Source of the DNA: Owenia fusiformis
Taxonomy: Eukaryota
NCBI GenBank assembly: GCA_903813345.2
Contig: CAIIXF020000001.1
Coordinates: forward strand, 26,784,001 to 26,848,000
Direction: 5' to 3'
Length of the DNA: 64,000 nt
How positions within the stretch are numbered: position 1 is the first letter of the stretch; each line of letters starts with the position of its first letter. A program made the translations under genes and the position numbers. Under the pieces are notes generated by a model. The model was given only the letters and a program-made list of their open reading frames with translations. It searched no databases and had not been told where the DNA came from. Shown here piece by piece: positions 48,401 to 57,400 of the stretch.

Positions 48401-51400
48401 AGACTACCATTACCATAATTACTAGAGCATATACTAAGCAAATTAACAGATAAACAGAGGAACCTTTAATGTCAGTTTCATGTCCATCCATGATTTCCTA
48501 AATTCTTAACTGCTACAAGTGGACTTTGAACAATGAGATTTTCGTCTTGATTCCCTTACATTAACTGCTTCAATGTTTGAACTAGATAACGGCAACTCCA
48601 CGGAGTAGCAAATCCCAACGAACAAAATATCAATTACCGAATTCCAATCAATTATACTCATTACTTTGGTTGAAAATGAAAAAATTAGATTTTAGAATTG
48701 CGAATTCCTGCAAAGCAGCCATTTTGAATTTGCTGAGGTACAAATCTGAAAAATAATACCATAATTGTGATCTACTCCAAAATTCCTTCAATTTGAGTAT
48801 AATATAGCCATACTTTGAAGGGATCGAAAAATTATTGCGAAATCGTACATTAGACGGCCATTTTGAATTTACGAGGCTCGAATCAGAAAAAAGATACAAT
48901 ATTTGCAATCTACTCTTAATTGCCTTTCATTTGAGTATAATAAAGCTATACTTCAGAAAGATCTAAAATTAGCGAAAATTTCTGTTTTCCTGTCCCCCCC
49001 ATACATGGCCCCTGGGGGTCAGGATGAAAAACACAGAATATATGTGAAATAGATAAATGTTGTGAATACACTACCAAAATTTCAAACAATAATATAAATT
49101 ACTTTGGTTTATAATGAAAAATTTATGATTTTTGTGAAAAAGTCCCATCATTTTTAAAGCGGCGGCCATCTTGAAAAATTTTTTTTTTGCGTAAAACTAT
49201 TCACCAATATACATCTTTCCACTAAATATGAAGAAAATCTGTCAACTAGTATTTGAGTTATCTTCCGGACAGACGGACGGACTGACTGACTGACTGACGG
49301 ACAGACGGACGGACGGAGGGCTTCACTATATCCCTAACGAACTTCGTTCGTTGGGATAATAAACACTAAACACTAAAATAAGTCTACTACAGCATAAATA
49401 AAAGCCATTTATTATGTAGAGTTTAACCCACTTACATCAAAGTCCTTGCGGTCAAGGAACCAGTAGCCTTGTATGAGCCTTATAAGTCCCTGAGGTATGG
49501 AAAATGCTTGGTAGAATCTGCTCATTCTCTCTATAAGCTAAAACACAAATTTTAAAATTAATATCATGTTTTCAAAATATTCATTTAAAATTTCTCTTTT
49601 GATTGGGGTCTAGTTTAGTGTGTATTTATTCAGCCAGCTCAGTAGAAGGATGCTGATGTAGCTTCTCAAATGAGGGCAAATATTAGGGAAGTTAAGCTGC
49701 ACTCTATTAAGAGAACTTGTATATGATCATGTAAAATCATGACCTCTAGGGATTTCTGGCCCCGTTTCGATTGATTTTTTCAGGGACCCAATTACAATGA
49801 GAATTTTACCCATACTTGTTCATGCTGTTCCTGGTTGTTCTCAGCTAGCAGGGAGACTAGGTCAAACAAGACATAAAGCACCATGCAGTGTTTGCATTGC
49901 ACACTGACATTCTCTAACAGGTAGATGTTCAACAAAGCCTGTAATAAAATCAGAATCTATATGACTTTTGAAACTGTACTACAATCAGACACCTATGTTA
50001 TTCATTAAAAGGGCTTGATTAAAATATTTGAACAACCCTAATATACATACTTGGTTTTCAAATGAGGAATTCATAGCCTATCTTCTCATTTCAAATTTTC
50101 ATTCACAATGAAATTGTAACAATATTCAACGTTCTCCCGAGGATTTTTTCTCAGATGGGTGCAAATTCTCATTTTCTCAATTCAGCCCAAAATTGGTCAA
50201 AATATGCCAATTTTTCATGATTTTTCTCATTTTCAAGTGGATTTTCAGGTGAGGCAAGGCAAGGCTATTTTCAAAATCTCAGGTGGGTGCTGCGCCCACT
50301 TGCTTTATTCATTGTTTATTTGAACTATTTAGATAGATCATTTAATGAGTTATCTCTTTATATCATGTACTATACTATTTAATGCAATCTTTTAATTAAA
50401 AATAAACAATAACTAATTTTTACAAAGTTTCAGAAAGAGTACCATGGCTGAATACATTTAAAAACACCCATGTTACTGTAAAAATACTTACATGAAGGTT
50501 TGGTGGTGGGTAAAGACCATCACCGCCATCTTTCTCCCAGAGTTCTTTCACACCAGCATTTGGTTCATTCACAATGCCATCTATCAGGAGAAGGTCTGTT
50601 TGACTAACATCGCTAAAAAGTAAGAAATACATTGATATCAAGGTATTCGTAAGAAAACATGTATGCAGAACTTTGTAACCTGATCTAATCACTTTATAAT
50701 CAGTTTCTATACATGATTAGATGCCATTTTGATAAATATTGGAAATTATATCAAAATCATTGACTCCACATATCACCCCTCCCTCCAACACCATATATTT
50801 CTCCCTGGTTAAAAAAGAAGTTGGGGAGGAAAGATTTGATGAAAAACTATTGGACTGTTCGCCTACCTATGAAGCTGCCTGAGTGCTTCTCTACGCGACT
50901 GGTACTGTTGCTTCAGGATGGATGCAGGGTAGAAATAATGTTTATTATGATGGTCTCCCTCGTGAAACTCTGGCAGAAGGCCATTTGCTACACACCAGAG
51001 GACAACGTGTAAATGCTGGCTTATCAAAGTCACCACATTGAGCTTTGTCTCCAAATCTTTGCTTCCTAGTCATGGAAAAAGGTTTGAATAAAGTTTACAA
51101 TACAAAACACATCATACATAATGGTCGCCTTTTAAGAATTAAAGATCATCCTAAATGTTGAAAAATATGACAAAATGTAGCATGCTTGCACAGATACCAT
51201 ACTTTTTCGATATATCATGATAACTTGATGCAGCCTAATCAAATTTCCCGAATTGACATGTGAGGCTTGGTAGAAAATGTATGTAAAACAAACAACCATG
51301 CTCAAACTGAAGTCATACAAAAAAAGAAAATATGCTACAAAGGTAACTTACCTTGTGCAGTAGTTTGTGGTGTCTGCTCTGAGAGTGCCTTGAAGATTGT

Positions 51401-54400
51401 CACCATATGGTCTAATTGAGCTTGGTACATGTTGAGTAACTGCATGGTGCTGTCATCTATATGGTGCCCAGTGTAGTCATACAATGGTACACCTTGATGA
51501 AAATATGATACAAACATATAATAACAGTAAAATATACACATGTTGCTTCATATATTAGATGAACCCATTCTAGGTCTTGTAGACTCTTGTATTGTAGTTC
51601 CAGAGTAAAGAATGTGATGACTGAAATCAAACTGAGAACAAATATTTCAATGGGCAAAAATATGGTTAGTTATAATACTTCTATCACTCTCCTCCTATCA
51701 ACACCAAAGTATCATTATTTAGCACTGGAAGCAAAATGACGTTCCACTCAGTTGGGGTTTAAATATTACAGTGCATAAGAACTTGATAGTCCAGTTTATT
51801 TTGAAGAACATCATAATCATTATCATGGGTTTGGAGTTTTGGTCAAAATATGTAAATTATAATTTTATAAGCTGGCATGAACATGTTGTTATTTCAATTA
51901 CTAAACTTACATAGTTTGTCTAATGCTTCTTTTACAGATCCTACTTTCTTCCATGCCCAGTCTAGTAGGAATCTCAGGGTACAGCCCAGGTGGTTGTATT
52001 CTACAATGCATAATAGTGACAAAATCATGAAAAGTGAGAAGATTATGAAATGTGGAAAGATTGTAAAATTTGACAAAATTATGAAATACAAAAAGATTGA
52101 TTGTTTGTACAATATATTTCAATATATTCTACAGTTCAATATTCTAATCAATCAGATGAAATCGTATAGCTACTACATCACTTATTTTGTTTCGATGTAT
52201 CACCCCTTCAAATACAAGAATGGACAAACCTCCTTCTGCCCATTGTGTAATACAAGTGCTGATAAACCCCACTGCATTATAGTCTAACAACATAGATAGA
52301 ACAGTAGCCCTCTGGTTGTCCCTGGCAATGTTAACAGAGGCAGGATCTATTGCACAGGGCAGTAGGCCAGCAAACATGGACATCTTGAACACATCTCTGG
52401 GATCTGCTAGAACACCAGGGCCACGTTTAATGAGATCAGATATGATTTGGCGTTGAACTCCTAAGAACTGTGTGTGAACTATCCCCGTCTCCATCAAACA
52501 GGTAGCATCTGAAATAATGATTTTGTTTAAATTAATTTGAATAGAGTTTTTCAAATTTAAGCGAAAATAGAAGCTGTGATGAAATAGTGTAAATAAATTA
52601 GAAACATGGACCCACAAAATGGATGTGAACATGGGTTGAAATGAATGGCCATTTTCATTTGTTCAAAAATCGGTGGCGAGTACAAGAGTGGTTGCTCCTA
52701 AAGGCGCTCACTGTGAGATCTAAAGGTATGTGAATTGTATCTAAATTTCAATTCTTTTTACAATAAAATTGCACACCTCAGAGTTTAAATTAACAGATGT
52801 TTGGAATTGATATCTTTAGTACAAATTGTTAAGGATTTTGAATTTTCCTAACATCTATAGAAGTGAGTTAATTTTTTTGTATAGACTATACATAACCAAC
52901 GAACACATGACTAATAACTTGAGTGCTTACTCACCAAATGCTAATGATGATGGATAGAAGTGAAGTTCAGGAGCTGGTGTAATGTTTGACTGGAACTTTG
53001 TAATACTTTGCTTTTCGACATAGACACTCTGAAACAAACAATCATCATTTAACAATCTACTCACTCAGACTGTTCAGGAAGACTTTTGCACCTATTTCTC
53101 TGTGGATCATACTTTCAATATGAGAGCCGTTCACCTCTACATTTTGTTCAAGATTTACTTTAGAAATTAAATAAATGAATGCATGATAATTTCTAGTTTG
53201 AAAATATTTTTTGAAATGCATGATTTGGTAAATTAGTAAATAAGCTTACTAGTAAACAATCTGGGGATGCTGCATCTAATACATCATCTAGGATACAAAA
53301 TGCAAAATAGGGACACTGCTGTAGACCTCCATTTGTTAACCTACAACACAAACAAAACCAGTCAACATTCTACACGGACACTTTTGAGCATTGTACATTC
53401 AGGATTTAGAGGCTTCTCATTTTAACCTTTAAAGATGGAAATCCTAAAATGCTTGTAATGTAATGCATTTAACAATTTAAAATCTCTATTATGTCTACTG
53501 CGCCAACTCTTCATGCTTATATTTCTCTCTTTTCTCTATATGTCTTATTAATTCAAATTAGAGTTATACATATTCAATCAAGAACAAACGTATGAAACTT
53601 GGTTGGTTGGACTACACTTACCTAACTTCCCCTGGCATTTGAGACTGGTACCATCGATTGAGATCAAACATACCAAGAAAATATGATGGCTTGCTGTGGG
53701 GGTCTTCATTTGCAGCCTCCCAAACAAACACACAGAGGCTCATGTCTGGCCCAGAGACCCCTGGAAATGAACATGAATATCATTATCAAATATAAAATGC
53801 TTTTGAACACAAATTCTTACAATGCATGTCTTTTCATCATCTTCAGCAAAAGAGAAGTCAAGGAGAATATATATGAAAGAAATACTGATCCGAACTTGAC
53901 AACTGAAAATCAATTTTATCAATAATAACAATAATAATTACCTTCATCAAAGGAATCCTCCTCATTATTTGCCTTAGTTGCAGATGTCTCAATAGTATAA
54001 CATTCTACTAGTCTACTGCCATCACATTGGGTCACCTGGCTGTGGAATACATCTCCAGTCAAATCATAGTCAAACCTTGGACCAACTGACATCAGATCCT
54101 GGAGGAAGATTGGAGAATGAAAACTCAAAATAAGCAATAGGATTCATCAATGAAAATATCAAAATTTTATAAATGATACTGGGTATCTTCTTTGTGAATA
54201 AGATATAGACATATTTTATTGAGCATATGAAAACCTGAACAGTGCAAAAAGTTGGAACAATTTATTGCAAAAAAATAAATGTTACTTCATTGCAAATGTA
54301 TCTGAATGCAACAAAACAGATGCACATTTAAGCCATTCTACTAATGCTACTTACTTCATAGAGAATATTGCAGTTTCCATAAATTGTTCTCTCATTGAAG

Positions 54401-57400
54401 GCAAGCTGATATAAACACAGTAGACCAGTATCCCCTTGACTGGAAAACAAATGGAAAGATTAAATAAAAAGTGTAATGACAAGAAAAAAAAATATATAAC
54501 TTGAGTACTTTAATATGAATCACAGTAAACACATAGCATATGACTAGGAATATAAAAATGTTAACTTTTTAATGTCTACAAAATATGTATACTAGAAAAG
54601 CATCAAACAAATTATAAAGTTATGAAGATTCAGGGGTTTCACTAGAATTTCTCATAACAGGCTATATAAATGAAAACAGGCAAAATTAATGAAAACATAG
54701 AAAAGTCCCTCAATACAACAGGTGATTTTCTGAATACAACTGGTGAAAATCGCCTGTTGCCTGCTGGTAATGAAACCCATGAAGATTGTACATAAGACAA
54801 TCAACAAAATAAAGTAAGTTTACTCACATGGAGTCCTGTATTCTTGGCCCCCTGCCTACCCAGATGTAGACAAACTTGCGGGGGTCATTCTCTGGCTCCT
54901 GGTAAGCAAAGTGGGTCACTGGAGGCAGGTCCTCTTCAAACCTACAGCTATATCTACAAAAATAGAATGTTGATATGTCATTGTGTGCTTACAAATTATC
55001 ACATATACATGTATTTCATAGATTGTTAATTATTATTTTGGTCCACACTCTCATCTTAGCAATTTTAATATAAAACATGACTCCACCCAACCATTCAATG
55101 TCACCCAATATAGCCAATTTTTCTGACTCCAATATACTTCACAACATAAAGACATTCCATGTCAAAGACAGTGCCCAAGTTATTAATATGCAACTACAAT
55201 TCATTCTATTCTGCCTACTTACTCTAATGTCTGGTTGTACATTTTCCATAGCTGAAAACTGCCAAAGTTGAAGCCTACAGCAAGTAACCCGGTGTGGCCT
55301 ATATACTTCAAACTGGTCACAACAACTGTATCTGGAAGAAGATCAGTATTCTAAATTGGACAATTCCACAGAATTACTGTTTCAGGAGGAAATATAAAAT
55401 CCATTAAAAAAATCACACATCCCATAAGAAAAATCTCATTTAGATTTTTTAGACTAAGCCTGTGTATTAGACTGAAACAAAATAAACAATATAAACGCGA
55501 CATGTGCCCTATAAACCAAAAAATTATGAAAAAATGTGCAAAGTGCAATAAATCTAAAAAAGAAAAATTCAAGTGAATGACGAATCAACATTTCTAGAAC
55601 AATATGGGGGTCTAGGACTAGAACTAACTTTTTTCACAACTGTTCAAAGCATCTCTATCTTAACTGTACTACATTGTGTTCATGGTATTTCATTTCACTA
55701 ATAATAGTACTAGTCTAAATCTGCCTTCACTAACATATAAAACAAAAATACCTGCACTGAAGTCCCTTATAGTTTTGCCATCCTGTTTCCTGTACTTGTA
55801 AGCTCCTCTTTCAAATGCACTTCCTTTTAAAATAAAAATACATAATAATTTTCCAAATACATTCCAACATTTGCATTATATAACTAGTGGCAAATCCCAA
55901 GGAACAAAATGTTTCCCAAAACAATATATGAAGATTATGATAGAGAATAGTGCAAAATTTTGTATATATTGGAGAAATCACTAATATCAGTGTCAAAACC
56001 GTCTATATACATTCAGCGCTATGTTTAGTGAGTAAAATTTTGTGTAGCCTAGCCATCAGATCGAAGCTTTAATAGAAAAAATTAGATTAAAGACATTGAT
56101 TCCAGATAACAAAAAAAAGTACATACTGTCTAGTTCTATACAGAGGTGTTCATCTCTATGCAGGGCCTGGAGTCTTTGAGTGCTAAAGTCCCGACTCTGT
56201 ATATCTATCATACATACAGTGCCAGCTGTCACCTCATTCGTCACCTCATCCCACTCATCCAAACACATATCTGACAAGGGAACAAAGGGGAACATTAAAA
56301 AACAAGAGACATAGAAATTAATATTTCAAAAATATTTAAAAATTCAAATTTGTCCGAAACAGGGATAATGCTCATTTAGATTGAAGAACTTCGTTCTCCA
56401 AACCAAGAATCGTCCTTTGCTTTTTATCTTGAGAAGCAAATATTAGTGTGAATTGTCATATTTAGAAGTTCACTGCTTAATATGTGCCACTGCATGATCT
56501 GAATTATTTGGAATCTCAAGCTTTATCAAAGATATGGTAATACCAATATAACAGGAGTGAGTATTCTCACCTATTATATAGACATGTCCACCTTGAGTAC
56601 CGACAGCCACAATGCCTTGGAAACACAACAATAGTTCACTAAATGCAGGGTTGGCCTCAACTGTCTTTGTCTCATCTGTAACCCCAGACACTGCAGTCAC
56701 CTACATAGACAGAGACGTAAATGGTTGTAATATTATATACAAGATGGATTAAATATGTAGTAAAAGAGAGGAAAACAAAGGGGACATGCCATTAAGAGGC
56801 CATTCTCTGACTTAGTCATTTTTTCAAAAGTGTGAAAATAAAAAAATTCATGAAAAGTTCTTAAAATATTCTGAATAACAAGTTGAATATATATATTTAA
56901 TGATGGCACAAGCAAAAGTCTGAAAATTAACACGAAATGAAGGGTTTTGACAGATGCAAAAGATGGTAGATTTGTGATGAAGAAATAGAGGTTTTTGCAG
57001 TAACAACACAATTACCTCCAAGTTATCCGTTATGAAAGGCTGAGGACTAAACTTGACATAATTTTCAATCTCAGATTATCAGTAGTATCTAACTTAAGCC
57101 GGACAGCCACTCTAAATGTATATGGAGCCCATAAGATTCATTTTTCTCAATTGAAGTCACTATTTCTGTTTTTAGCTTGAGAGGATAGGAGGTACATGAA
57201 CATGCTTAGTTTACCTAGATCACAAGCCTTACCACAAATATAAAGTATATGGGAATAGAGTTGATATGTGTGAGAACCTTAAACTTCTCATTTTATTGGG
57301 GATGGAACTTGTGGACCATGTGTATTTCTAACTTCTTCACATGTGCATGGATCTCAAATTGTGGCAGCCATCTTGGATTTGTCATATTATGTGGACATGG